Counted from the first letter of the stretch, positions 38,658-47,738 are shown. The stretch: 64,000 nucleotides of DNA from Acidimicrobiales bacterium (GCA_050013835.1 JBEKEM010000005.1:25099-89098), one strand, 5' to 3'. The notes: generated by a model from the letters alone, not told the origin. Made by a program: numbers and translations.

Positions 38658-39514
38658 TCGGGCTGGAGGGTGCCGTCCCCGTCGGCCGGACGCTCGCCGC
38701 CGGGCTCATCGGCGATCCCGTCGCCCATTCGCTCTCGCCGGTGATCCACAACGCGGCCTACGCCGCCCTGGGACTCGACTGGTGCTACAAGGCCTTCCTC
38801 GTGCACGACGGCGACGTGGGGCGCGCCCTGTCGTCGGCGGCGGCGCGGGGCCTGCGGGGGCTCTCGGTGACGACGCCGCACAAGGTTGCCGCCGCGACCG
38901 CCTGCGACGAGCGCTCGGCGGCCGTCGCGCGGATCGGCGCGGCGAACACCGTCGTCTTCTCGGGGGGCCGCACGCGGGCCGAGACGACCGACGGACCGGG
39001 TCTGCTCGACGACCTCGCCGCGACCTGGCGCTTCAACCCGGCCGGGCAGGTCTGCGCCGTGGTGGGGGCCGGTGCGACGGCGCGGGCGATCGTCGCCGCC
39101 CTGGCCGACGCCGGGGCGGCCGAGGTCCTCGTCATCGACCGGACTGAGGCGCACGCCGAGGCCGCCGCCGCGCTCGCCGGCCCGGCGGGACGGGTGGCAC
39201 GGCCCCGCGACGTCGCCGGGGCCGCGCTCGTCGTCCAGGCGACCTCGGTCGGGTTCGCCGGGGACCCGACCGGCTTCGATGGCGGCTGGGAGGCGGTCAC
39301 CCACCACCTGGGCGCGGAGCAGTTCGCCGTCGACGTCGTCTACGCGCCCCCCGTCACGGAGTTTCTCGCCCTGGCGGGCGCCCAGGGGGCCCGCGTGCGC
39401 AACGGCCTCGGCATGCTCGTGCACCAGGCGGCCCACCAGGTGGTCCTCTTCACCGGCCGCACCCCGCCGGTCGGGGTGATGTTCGCGGCCCTCGGCATCA
39501 CGCCCGGGCCGTAG
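38654..39514 (+). CDS. aroE: Shikimate dehydrogenase
   Basis: GTG 38654 overlaps the ruvX stop (GTGA). HSLSPVIHNAAY, SVTTPHK and the GAGATARAIV Rossmann motif are present. Confidence 0.85.
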   Translation: MIGLEGAVPVGRTLAAGLIGDPVAHSLSPVIHNAAYAALGLDWCYKAFLVHDGDVGRALSSAAARGLRGLSVTTPHKVAAATACDERSAAVARIGAANTVVFSGGRTRAETTDGPGLLDDLAATWRFNPAGQVCAVVGAGATARAIVAALADAGAAEVLVIDRTEAHAEAAAALAGPAGRVARPRDVAGAALVVQATSVGFAGDPTGFDGGWEAVTHHLGAEQFAVDVVYAPPVTEFLALAGAQGARVRNGLGMLVHQAAHQVVLFTGRTPPVGVMFAALGITPGP

Positions 39515-39582
39515 CCGACGCGGGCCCCGAGCGCCGGTTCCCTGGGTCCGCTGTCGCCACGGCCCCGGTAACCTCTCGGGAC

Positions 39583-40743
39583 GTGGCGGTCGACACCCTG
39601 GAGCGACGCGCGCGCGTCGCGCGCCGCCGGGGGGAGAGCGCCCGCGTCGCCATCCTGCGCCACGTCGACTTCGTGCTGCTGGGCTCGATCGCCGTGCTGG
39701 CGGCTGTCGGGGTCGTGATGGTGTACTCCGCCTCGCGCTCGATCTACCCCCTCGAGCCGACCTACTTCCTGAAGCGCCAGATCGCCTACGACGTCGTGGG
39801 GGCGGGGGCGATGGCCCTCTTCGCCCTCGTCGACTACCGGCGGCTCGAGGAGTGGGCCTATGTCATCTACGGCGCCGTGGTGCTCGCGCTTCTCGCCGTG
39901 AGGGTGATCGGGCACTCCCAGAACGGGGCGGAACGCTGGATCTCGCTCGCTGGGTTCCAGTTCCAGCCGTCGGAGTTCGCCGTGCTCGCCGTCATCGTCG
40001 CCGTCGGCGTGTACATCGCGCGCCACGAACGCCTCCTCAACGTCCGCTCCATCGCCACGCTGGTCGCCATGGCGGGGCTGCCGGTGCTGCTCGTCGTCGT
40101 GCAGCCGGACCTCGGTACGGCGATCCTGCTCGTCGGGGTGCTCTTCGTGATGTTCTTCGTCGGCGGGGTTCGCCTGCGCTTCCTGGCGACGCTGGTCGTG
40201 CTGGCGGTCGCCGGCTTCGCCTGCGCTGTCGCCCTCCACGTCCTCAGCCGCTACCAGCTCGACCGGCTGACCGCCTTCCTGCACCAGGACCAGGGCGGGA
40301 GCCAGACGCTCAACTACAACGTCATCCAGTCCAAGACGGCGATCGGTGCCGGGGGGCTGAACGGCACGGGCCTTTTCAACGGGCTCGAGACGAAGCTCGG
40401 CTTCGTGCCGATCCAGTACGCCGACTTCATCTTCTCCGCCGTCGGCGAGCAGCTCGGCTTCGTCGGCTCGGCGCTCCTCGTCGGGCTGTACGGTCTCGTC
40501 GCCCTGCGTGTCGTGCGGGCCATCCAGACCGCCCGGGACTCACTCGGGCGTCTGCTCTGCGCCGGCGTGCTGGCCTTCCTCGTCGTCTCGGTCTTCGAGA
40601 ACATCGGGATGGCGACGGGGATCATGCCGATCACGGGGATCCCGCTCCCGTTCGTTTCCTACGGGGGCTCGGCGCTCATCGCCTTTTTCATCGCGATGGG
40701 CCTGGTACTCAACGTCGAACTGCATCGGAGCCGCCAGAGATGA
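39583..40743 (+). CDS. SEDS family peptidoglycan polymerase (FtsW/RodA/SpoVE family)
   Basis: 386-aa polytopic ORF with FQPSEFA, VVQPDLGTA, ADFIFSAVGEQLGFVG and PLPFVSYGGSAL motifs. No class B PBP gene is adjacent. Confidence 0.85.
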   Translation: MAVDTLERRARVARRRGESARVAILRHVDFVLLGSIAVLAAVGVVMVYSASRSIYPLEPTYFLKRQIAYDVVGAGAMALFALVDYRRLEEWAYVIYGAVVLALLAVRVIGHSQNGAERWISLAGFQFQPSEFAVLAVIVAVGVYIARHERLLNVRSIATLVAMAGLPVLLVVVQPDLGTAILLVGVLFVMFFVGGVRLRFLATLVVLAVAGFACAVALHVLSRYQLDRLTAFLHQDQGGSQTLNYNVIQSKTAIGAGGLNGTGLFNGLETKLGFVPIQYADFIFSAVGEQLGFVGSALLVGLYGLVALRVVRAIQTARDSLGRLLCAGVLAFLVVSVFENIGMATGIMPITGIPLPFVSYGGSALIAFFIAMGLVLNVELHRSRQR

Positions 40744-41402
40744 CACCCAGTTCCGCCAAGTCCACCGCCAGCCCAGCTGGGCCGTCCGCGGCCATCCCCG
40801 GACCCCGCAAGGCAGCGCGCCCCCCGGCCGAGCCGGCCGCGCCCGCGAAGACCCCCCGACCCCGCAAGGCAGCCGCCAAGGCGGCCGGGCCGGCCGCGCC
40901 GGCGAAGACCCCCCGACCTCGCAAGGCAGCCGCCAAGGCGGCCGGGCCGGCTGCCGCCGGGCAGGCCCTCTCGGGCGGCGGCGACGGGGAGGTGCGCGTC
41001 CTCGAGGTGATGATGGCGTTGCCGAACCCGAACCCGGTCATCATCCTCGAGGAGGTCGCCGCGCCGAAGCGGCGGCTCGCCATCCCGATCGGGTTCGCCG
41101 AGGGAACGGCGATCGCCTACGTGCTGCGCGGCCGCCCGACCCCGAAGCCGCTCACCCACGAGCTCTTCATCGACGTGGTCGCCCAGCTCGGCGGGCGGGT
41201 CGTCACGGCCCGCGTCACCCGCTACGCCGAGGGCGGCTACTTCGCCGAGATCGTCGTCGCGGCCCCGGGGAGAAGCTTCGTCGTCGCCTGCCGGCCCTCC
41301 GACGCGATCGCGCTGGCGCTGCGTCAGGGTCCGGAGGCGACCGTCGTCGTCGCCTCGTCGCTGCTCGGCCAGCTCGGCACAGGGGGCGGAGCCGCGGGCT
41401 GA
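40740..41402 (+). CDS. DUF151 bifunctional-nuclease-domain protein with N-terminal Ala/Lys/Pro-rich repeat tail
   Basis: ATG 40740 overlaps the SEDS stop (ATGA). The C-terminal 140 aa match the BFN fold pattern: PVIILEE...RRLAIPIGFAEGTAIAYVL...PKPLTHELF...GGYFAEIVV...ACRPSDAIALALR. Confidence 0.75.
   Translation: MTPSSAKSTASPAGPSAAIPGPRKAARPPAEPAAPAKTPRPRKAAAKAAGPAAPAKTPRPRKAAAKAAGPAAAGQALSGGGDGEVRVLEVMMALPNPNPVIILEEVAAPKRRLAIPIGFAEGTAIAYVLRGRPTPKPLTHELFIDVVAQLGGRVVTARVTRYAEGGYFAEIVVAAPGRSFVVACRPSDAIALALRQGPEATVVVASSLLGQLGTGGGAAG
40797..40958 (+). repeat. Coding tandem repeat, 57-nt unit (about 2.8 copies) encoding PAKTPRPRKAAAKAAGPAA
   Basis: Units at 40845-40901 and 40902-40958 differ at only a few positions. 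A degenerate partial copy precedes them. Confidence 0.8.
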
Positions 41403-42691
41403 TTCCCCTCGTTGGAGATCCGCATCACGAGGGCGACGAGCGCCCAGTTGGCGACGAGCGAGGACCCGCCGTAGGAGACGAAGGGGAGTGTCACGCCCGT
41501 CAGGGGCAACAGGCGCGTGTTCCCCGCCATGATCAGGTAGGCCTGCAGGCCGAGGGCGACGGTCAGCCCGGCGGCGATGAGACGGGCGAACTCCGACCGC
41601 GCCCGGCGCGCCGCGCGCAGCCCCGCGCCGACGAAGATGGCGTAGCAGCAGACGACGGCCGCCGCCCCGACGAGGCCGAGCTCCTCGCCGATCACGGCGA
41701 AGATGAAGTCGCTCGACGACACCGGCAGCACGCGGGCCGCGACCCCGAAGCCGATTCCCGTGCCCCAGACCCCCCCACGCCCGAAGGCGAGTTCGCCCTG
41801 GATCGGCTGGAAGCCGGTCCCGGTGGCGTGCGCCCAGGGGTTGAGCCAGTCCGCGATGCGGCTGTTCACCTGCACGAGCAGGTGGCTGGCGACGAAGGTC
41901 GCCGCCACGAAGACGACGAGTCCGATCGCGACGTAGGTCCACCGCCCCGTCGTCATCCAGAGCATCAGGAGGAAGACGAGGAACAAAAGCAGGGAGAACC
42001 CGATGTCGTGCTCGGCGAGGATGATGAGGAGCGCCATCGTCCCGGCGACGAGGATCGGCCCGAAGGCCCGCGGGTCCGGCAGCAGGCGGTTGCCGACACG
42101 CTGCGTCGAGACGGTGAGCAGCTCCCGCTTGTCGACGAAGTACGAGGCGAAGAAGATCACGAGGAGGAGCTTCGCGACCTCGACCGGCTGGAACTCGACC
42201 GAGGAGATATGCACCCACAGGCGCGCCCCGTTGATTTCCTCGCCGATGCCGGGCATGAGCGGCGAGACGAGGAGCAGGAAGGCGAACCCGGCGAGGAGGT
42301 AGCGGTAGCGTTCGAGGTCGCGGCTGCGCCTCACGACGACGAGCACGAGCGTGTAGAGCAGCAGTCCCACGACCGTCCAGGCGAGCTGCTGGCCCGCCCG
42401 CGTCGGGTCGCCCCGCTCGATCATCACGTAACCGAGGCCGTCGAGGAACAGCACCACCGGCACGATCACGGGGTCGGCGTGCGGCACGAGCCAGCGGTTC
42501 ACCACCTGCATGCCCAGGCCGATCCCGACGAGGGCGGCGATGAACAAGACGACGTGGTCCGGGAGGGCGTTCGTCGCGGCGAGCGACTCCAAGAGGGTCG
42601 CCGACAGCACGACGAGGGCGGCGACGGCGAGGAGTCCCGCCTCGGTCCTCCGGCGGGGCTTGGTGCGGCGCCGGGGGGCGGCGAGCGTCAC
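41324..42691 (-). CDS. SEDS family protein (actinobacterial RodA/FtsW-like)
   Basis: GTG 42691. FQPVEVAKLL, SDFIFAVIGEELGLVG and TLPFVSYGGSSL motifs. The upstream 462 codons of the 917-aa track ORF are antisense to ppk1 and were rejected. The 3' end overlaps the DUF151 gene by 79 nt. Confidence 0.85.
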   Translation of the reverse strand: MTLAAPRRRTKPRRRTEAGLLAVAALVVLSATLLESLAATNALPDHVVLFIAALVGIGLGMQVVNRWLVPHADPVIVPVVLFLDGLGYVMIERGDPTRAGQQLAWTVVGLLLYTLVLVVVRRSRDLERYRYLLAGFAFLLLVSPLMPGIGEEINGARLWVHISSVEFQPVEVAKLLLVIFFASYFVDKRELLTVSTQRVGNRLLPDPRAFGPILVAGTMALLIILAEHDIGFSLLLFLVFLLMLWMTTGRWTYVAIGLVVFVAATFVASHLLVQVNSRIADWLNPWAHATGTGFQPIQGELAFGRGGVWGTGIGFGVAARVLPVSSSDFIFAVIGEELGLVGAAAVVCCYAIFVGAGLRAARRARSEFARLIAAGLTVALGLQAYLIMAGNTRLLPLTGVTLPFVSYGGSSLVANWALVALVMRISNEGNQPAAPPPVPSWPSSDEATTTVASGP

Positions 42692-42745
42692 GCCTCGTAC
42701 GGTAGTTGAAGGAAGGGGGCGCACAAGGCCAGGTAACCTGGGGAG

Positions 42746-44938
42746 ATGGCAACCGAGCCGCTCATCGAGGACGCCAGGCGGCAGCCGGCCCCCCTTGCCG
42801 CTCCCGTCGACCGGGAGAGCTTCGGGCCGGCGCGTTACTTGAACCGGGAGCTGTCGTGGCTCGACTTCGCCCGCCGGGTCCTCGAGCTCGCCGACGACTC
42901 CTCGCTGCCACTGCTCGAGCGGTCGAAGTTCCTGGCGATCTTCTCGACCGGGCTCGACGAGTACTTCCAGGTGCGCGTGGCCGGACTGAAGAACCGGCTC
43001 GACGCCGGCCGCCGCAGCCGCTCGGCCGACGGCCGGAGCGTCCTCGAGATCCTCGCCGCGGTCCGGGAGAAGGTGACGGCGCTCGTTGAGTACGAGGCCC
43101 GGATCTTCAACGAGACGGTCCGCCCGGGACTGGCCGCCGCCGGTGTCGGGATCGTCGAGTGGGCCACGCTCGAACGGGCCGATCAGCTCCGCCTGCGGCG
43201 CCAGTTCGAGACCGACATGTTCCCGGTCCTCACCCCTTTGGCCGTCGACCCGGGGCACCCCTTCCCGTACATCTCGAACCTCTCGCTCAACCTCGCGGTC
43301 TCGGTCGAGGACCCGGTCTCCGGCGAGGGACGCTTCGCCCGGGTCAAGGTGCCGCCGTCGCTGCCGCGCTTCGTCTCCGTCGACGAGGCGCGCTTCGTGC
43401 CCCTCGAGCAGGTGATCGCGGCGAACCTCGCCGACTTGTTCCCGGAGATGCGGATCGGCTCGTGCCACCCCTTCCGGGTCACCCGCAACGCCGACACCGA
43501 CGTCGACGACAGCGAGGACGAGGACCTGCTCGCCGCGGTCGAGTTCGAGCTGCGCCAGCGGCGCTTCGGCCGGGCCGTGCGGCTCGAGGTCGGGCCCGAG
43601 ATGCCCCCCGACACCGTCGAGTTCCTGCGCCGGGAGCTCGAGCTCGGCGGGGTCGACGTCTACCGCCTGGAGGCGCCGCTCGACCTCGGCCAGCTCTGGT
43701 CGATCGCCGGGCTCGACCGCCCCGACCTCGCCATGCCGGCGTTCTCGCCGCGCGCCCCGGCGGTGGTGATGACCGACGCCGGCATGCCGGTCGACATCTT
43801 CGCCCTGCTGCGTGAGCGCGACGTCCTCGTCCACCACCCCTACGACTCGTTCGCCTCCTCGGTCGAGGAGTTCATTTCCCAGGCGGCCTCCGACCCCAAC
43901 GTGCTCGCCATCAAGCAGACGCTGTACCGGACCTCGGGGGACACGCCCTTCGTCACCGCCCTGGCCGCCGCCGCCGAGGCCGGCAAGCAGGTCGCCGTGC
44001 TCGTCGAGCTGCAGGCTCGCTTTGACGAGCAGCGCAACATCGCCTGGGCGCGACAGCTCGAGGAGTCGGGCGTCCACGTCGTCTACGGGGTCGTGGGACT
44101 AAAGACGCACTCCAAGACGGCGCTCGTCGTGCGCCGCGAAGCCGACGGAATCCGCCGCTACTGCCACATTGGGACCGGCAACTACAACTCGGACACCGCC
44201 CGCATCTACGAGGACCTGGGTCTGCTCACCGCCAATCCGGTGCTCGGCGAGGACCTCACCGCCCTTTTCAACCACCTGACGGGGTTTTCGCGCTCGATCG
44301 AGACCCGCCAGCTCATCGTGGCGCCGACCCAGTTCCGCCCCTGGGCGCTGCGCGAGATCGCCCGCCAGCGCGACCTCGGCGAACGGGGCCGGATCTCGAT
44401 CAAGGTGAACGGCCTCACCGACCCCGCCGTCATCGACGCCCTCTACGAGGCCTCCCAGGCCGGGGTGCGGGAGGAGCTGCTGGTCCGGGGGCTGTGCTGT
44501 TTGCGTCCCGGGATCCCGGGGCTGTCGGCGAACATCACGGTGAAGTCGATCGTCGGCCGCTTTCTCGAGCACTCCCGGATCTACCGCTTCGGTGTGCCGA
44601 CGGCGGAGGTTCTTGCCGCGAGCGAGCTCGACCGGCGCGCGCCCGAGGACGCCCCCGACAACCCGGCGAGGTACTTCATCGGCTCGGCGGACCTGATGGA
44701 GCGCAACCTCGACCACCGGATCGAGGAGATCGTTCCCGTCGCCGACGCCGAGCTGTGCGGGCGGCTCGAGGACATCCTCGCCCTCGACCTCGCCGACGAC
44801 GAGTCCTCGTGGGACCTGCGCGCCGACGGGATCTACACCCGGATCGAGACGAAACTGGGCGTCTGCGCCCAGAAGCGTTTCGAGGAGCTCGCCCGGGAGC
44901 GCTCGCGTCGCCGGCGCGAGCCGGACAACCCGGCCTAG
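42746..44938 (+). CDS. ppk1: Polyphosphate kinase 1
   Basis: 730-aa ORF with RYLNRELSWLDFARRVLELA, the autophosphorylation-region KTHSKTALVVRRE and two PLD-like C-terminal domains. Confidence 0.95.
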   Translation: MATEPLIEDARRQPAPLAAPVDRESFGPARYLNRELSWLDFARRVLELADDSSLPLLERSKFLAIFSTGLDEYFQVRVAGLKNRLDAGRRSRSADGRSVLEILAAVREKVTALVEYEARIFNETVRPGLAAAGVGIVEWATLERADQLRLRRQFETDMFPVLTPLAVDPGHPFPYISNLSLNLAVSVEDPVSGEGRFARVKVPPSLPRFVSVDEARFVPLEQVIAANLADLFPEMRIGSCHPFRVTRNADTDVDDSEDEDLLAAVEFELRQRRFGRAVRLEVGPEMPPDTVEFLRRELELGGVDVYRLEAPLDLGQLWSIAGLDRPDLAMPAFSPRAPAVVMTDAGMPVDIFALLRERDVLVHHPYDSFASSVEEFISQAASDPNVLAIKQTLYRTSGDTPFVTALAAAAEAGKQVAVLVELQARFDEQRNIAWARQLEESGVHVVYGVVGLKTHSKTALVVRREADGIRRYCHIGTGNYNSDTARIYEDLGLLTANPVLGEDLTALFNHLTGFSRSIETRQLIVAPTQFRPWALREIARQRDLGERGRISIKVNGLTDPAVIDALYEASQAGVREELLVRGLCCLRPGIPGLSANITVKSIVGRFLEHSRIYRFGVPTAEVLAASELDRRAPEDAPDNPARYFIGSADLMERNLDHRIEEIVPVADAELCGRLEDILALDLADDESSWDLRADGIYTRIETKLGVCAQKRFEELARERSRRRREPDNPA

Positions 44939-44945
44939 CCCCCCG

Positions 44946-46535
44946 GTGCGGATCGCCGCCCTCGACCTCGGCAGCAACTCGTTCCACATGATCGTCGTCG
45001 AGGCGCGCCCCGACGGAAGCTTCGTGCCCCTCGTGCGGGAGCGGGAGATGCTCCGTCTGGGCGACCTCGTCGCCCGCGACCGAGTGATCGGCCGCCGGGC
45101 GACCGACCAGGCGATCGAGGTGATCGCCCGGTTTCGTGCGATCGCCGAGGCGAACGGGGCCGACGAGATCATCGCCCTCGGGACCTCGGCGATCCGCGAG
45201 GCGCTCGACGGGGGCCTGCTCGTCGACCGGGTGCGGGTCGAGACGGGAGTGAAGGTCACCGTCGTCGACGGCACGCGGGAGGCCGAGCTCATCTTCGGGG
45301 CGATCCGCTCGAGCGTGCGAATCGAGCGGGGCCCGGCCCTCGCCGCCGACCTCGGCGGCGGGAGCCTCGAACTCTCGGTCGGCGACCGGACCGAGCTCGC
45401 CTTCGCGACGAGCGTGCACCTCGGCGTGGGACGGTTGACCGCCGAGCTCGTGGAGAACGACCCGCCGAGCGAGAAGGACCTGCGGAGGCTGCGCGGGCGG
45501 ATCGCGGCGACGATCGAGCCGGTTCTCGGCGAGATCCTGGCGCTCGGGCCCCGGCAGCTGATCGGCTCCTCGGGGACGTTCGTCGCTCTCGCCCGGATGG
45601 CGGCGGCGGTCCGCGACGGCGTCGTTCACGAGACGGTCAACCAGCTCACCGTCGGGCGGGCCGAGCTCGAGGTGCTGCGCGACCGGCTGTACTCGGCCGC
45701 TGCTGCCGAGCGCGCCAAGCTGCCGGGGGCCGAACCGCGCCGCGTCGACCACCTGCCGGCGGGGATGGCGGTGCTCGAGTACCTGATGGAGGCGACGCAC
45801 CTCGACGAGCTGACGGTGAGCGACTGGGCGCTGCGGGAGGGGATCGTGCTCGACGCCCTCGGGGCGCGCGCCCCCGTCGAGCTGGCCGGTGACCCGGGGG
45901 AGTTGCGGCGGTGGTCGGTCAAGGCGCTGTGCCGCCGCTCGAACTGGCGCCAGCCGCACGCCCGCCAGGTGGCCGACCTCGCCCTCGCGATCTTTGACGC
46001 GACAGCCGAGCTCCACGCCCTCGGCCCGGACGAGCGGGAACTGTTGGAGTTCGGGGGGCTCCTCCACGACATCGGCGAGCACATCAGCCGGCAGGACCAC
46101 GACCGCCACAGCGCCTACCTCATCGAGCACGGCGGCCTGCGGGGCTTCTCGCCCCAGGAGGTGCGGATCCTTACGACGATGGGCCGCTACCACGTGCGCG
46201 GGACCCCCAAGCCCACCTTCGAGCCGTTCGCCCAGCTGAAAAGGCGCGACCGGGCCCGGGCCGTGGCGCTGACCGCGATCCTCCGGCTCGCCGAGGGCCT
46301 GGACGCCTCCCACCGCGGGCTCGTGCAGGCGGTCCGGGCCGAACCGGTTGGCCCGGACCGCCGGCTCACGTTCGTCCTCACCGTCAGGGCCGAACCCGAG
46401 CTCGAGCTGTGGACCGTCCGGCGCAAGCAGGTGCTCCTCGAGCGGACCCTCGGGGTCGAGTGCGCCTTCCGTGTCGAGCCGGGCGCGCGACCCACGCCCG
46501 ACGCCGCGCGCGACGAGGGCGCGCGGCCCGGGTGA
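44946..46535 (+). CDS. ppx: Exopolyphosphatase / pppGpp phosphohydrolase (Ppx/GppA family) with C-terminal HD-like domain
   Basis: AALDLGSNSFHMIV and GTSAIREA actin-like ATPase-fold motifs, and LLHDIGEHISRQDHDRHSAYLI. It starts 8 nt after ppk1. Confidence 0.9.
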   Translation: MRIAALDLGSNSFHMIVVEARPDGSFVPLVREREMLRLGDLVARDRVIGRRATDQAIEVIARFRAIAEANGADEIIALGTSAIREALDGGLLVDRVRVETGVKVTVVDGTREAELIFGAIRSSVRIERGPALAADLGGGSLELSVGDRTELAFATSVHLGVGRLTAELVENDPPSEKDLRRLRGRIAATIEPVLGEILALGPRQLIGSSGTFVALARMAAAVRDGVVHETVNQLTVGRAELEVLRDRLYSAAAAERAKLPGAEPRRVDHLPAGMAVLEYLMEATHLDELTVSDWALREGIVLDALGARAPVELAGDPGELRRWSVKALCRRSNWRQPHARQVADLALAIFDATAELHALGPDERELLEFGGLLHDIGEHISRQDHDRHSAYLIEHGGLRGFSPQEVRILTTMGRYHVRGTPKPTFEPFAQLKRRDRARAVALTAILRLAEGLDASHRGLVQAVRAEPVGPDRRLTFVLTVRAEPELELWTVRRKQVLLERTLGVECAFRVEPGARPTPDAARDEGARPG

Positions 46536-46538
46536 GGT

Positions 46539-47636
46539 TCAGCGCGGTGGCTCCGGCGGGGGGAGGCGGATGGCGAGGTCGGCGAGCGCCCGCCGGCTCG
46601 CCCGGAGACCCTCCCCGCGGCGCAGCTTCAGCGAGAGGTAGCAGCCGGCGCCGATGGGGATCGGCAGCCAGAAGTTAACGATCCGCCAGCCGAGCACGCC
46701 GAGGAGGGCGACGTTCTTCGTCACGCCGAAGCTGGCGAGCAGGAGTGGCAGCGACGCCTCGACGAAGCCGAGGCCCCCCGGGGTGATCGGGATGGCGGCG
46801 AGCACGTTGGCGATGCCGTAGGCGGCGAACAGCTCGATCGGGTTGACATAGCGGCCGAGGGCGGCGAGGAACGACCAGAGGGCGGCGGCGTCGAGCATCC
46901 AGTTGGTCGCCGCCCAGACGAGGGCGGAGCGCCGCCGGTCGGTGCTCGTCGCCAGGGTGCGCAGGGAGTCGCCGAGGTGGCGGAAGGTCGCCTCCAGGCG
47001 GTCGGGGTCGACCCGGGGCAGCACGCGTCCGACCCGCCGCACGAGGCGCGTCGCCGGCTCCTCGCCGCGGGTGAGCAGGTAGATGAGGAGGGCGAAGAAG
47101 GCGAGCGCGATCATGCCGAGCAGGGCGACGACGATGTAGCTGGTGTGGAACCCGGCGAGCGGGATCGAGATCACGAGGGCGAGCCAGAGCATCACGTTGA
47201 GCACGACCGCCGAGCCGATCCCCTGGGTCGCCATCGTGAAGCCGGCGTCGGTGCCCGAGACGCCGTTCGAGGTGAGCAGGCGGTAGCCGAGGCCCGCCGA
47301 GGCGGCCGACCCCCCAGGGACGGTGTGGGCGACCGCCGTCGTCGCCAGGTCGATCCGGAGGACCCGCGAGATCCCCGGGCGTTCGTGCGGCAGCACGGTC
47401 CAGGTGAGGAGGGCGTAGGCGAGAAGCGACGCCGCCTCGAAGGCGAAGCCGGCGGCGAGCCAGCCGCCGTTCAACCGCTCGAGGTAGTGGAGGTTCCTGC
47501 TCGCGCCGACGAGCTCCGGCACGACGAGGTACTCGACGACGAGGACGACGAGGAAGATGAGGATCCCGTGGCGCAGGGGGGCGGGGACGACCGCCTTCCA
47601 GCGTGAGCGCGGACCAGCCCTCACCTCATCAGGCAT
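46539..47636 (-). CDS. Flippase-like (lysylphosphatidylglycerol-synthase TM region, UPF0104) membrane protein
   Basis: 365-aa ORF with about 8 TM helices. The C-terminal part, PITPGGLGFVEASLPLLLASFGV, is typical of this family. Confidence 0.7.
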   Translation of the reverse strand: MPDEVRAGPRSRWKAVVPAPLRHGILIFLVVLVVEYLVVPELVGASRNLHYLERLNGGWLAAGFAFEAASLLAYALLTWTVLPHERPGISRVLRIDLATTAVAHTVPGGSAASAGLGYRLLTSNGVSGTDAGFTMATQGIGSAVVLNVMLWLALVISIPLAGFHTSYIVVALLGMIALAFFALLIYLLTRGEEPATRLVRRVGRVLPRVDPDRLEATFRHLGDSLRTLATSTDRRRSALVWAATNWMLDAAALWSFLAALGRYVNPIELFAAYGIANVLAAIPITPGGLGFVEASLPLLLASFGVTKNVALLGVLGWRIVNFWLPIPIGAGCYLSLKLRRGEGLRASRRALADLAIRLPPPEPPR

Positions 47637-47738
47637 CGGACCATGCTTCCACGTCGGTGAGGTCGGCCGTCAATGTCGGGTTCGGCGGCTCGCCGGAAAT
47701 GCACGGTTCGGCGATTCCGGTCGGCTTGACTGGGGCCC

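Noticed and set aside
40659-42752. 697-aa minus ORF and 733-aa plus ORF (40508..42709) across the SEDS/DUF151 region
   Set aside because: They are out of frame with the two recognisable genes and have Arg/Pro/Gly-dominated composition.
42692-44077. Upstream 462 codons of the 917-aa minus ORF ending as the SEDS protein
   Set aside because: This part is antisense to ppk1. SEDS homology and the first TM helices start just after GTG 42691.
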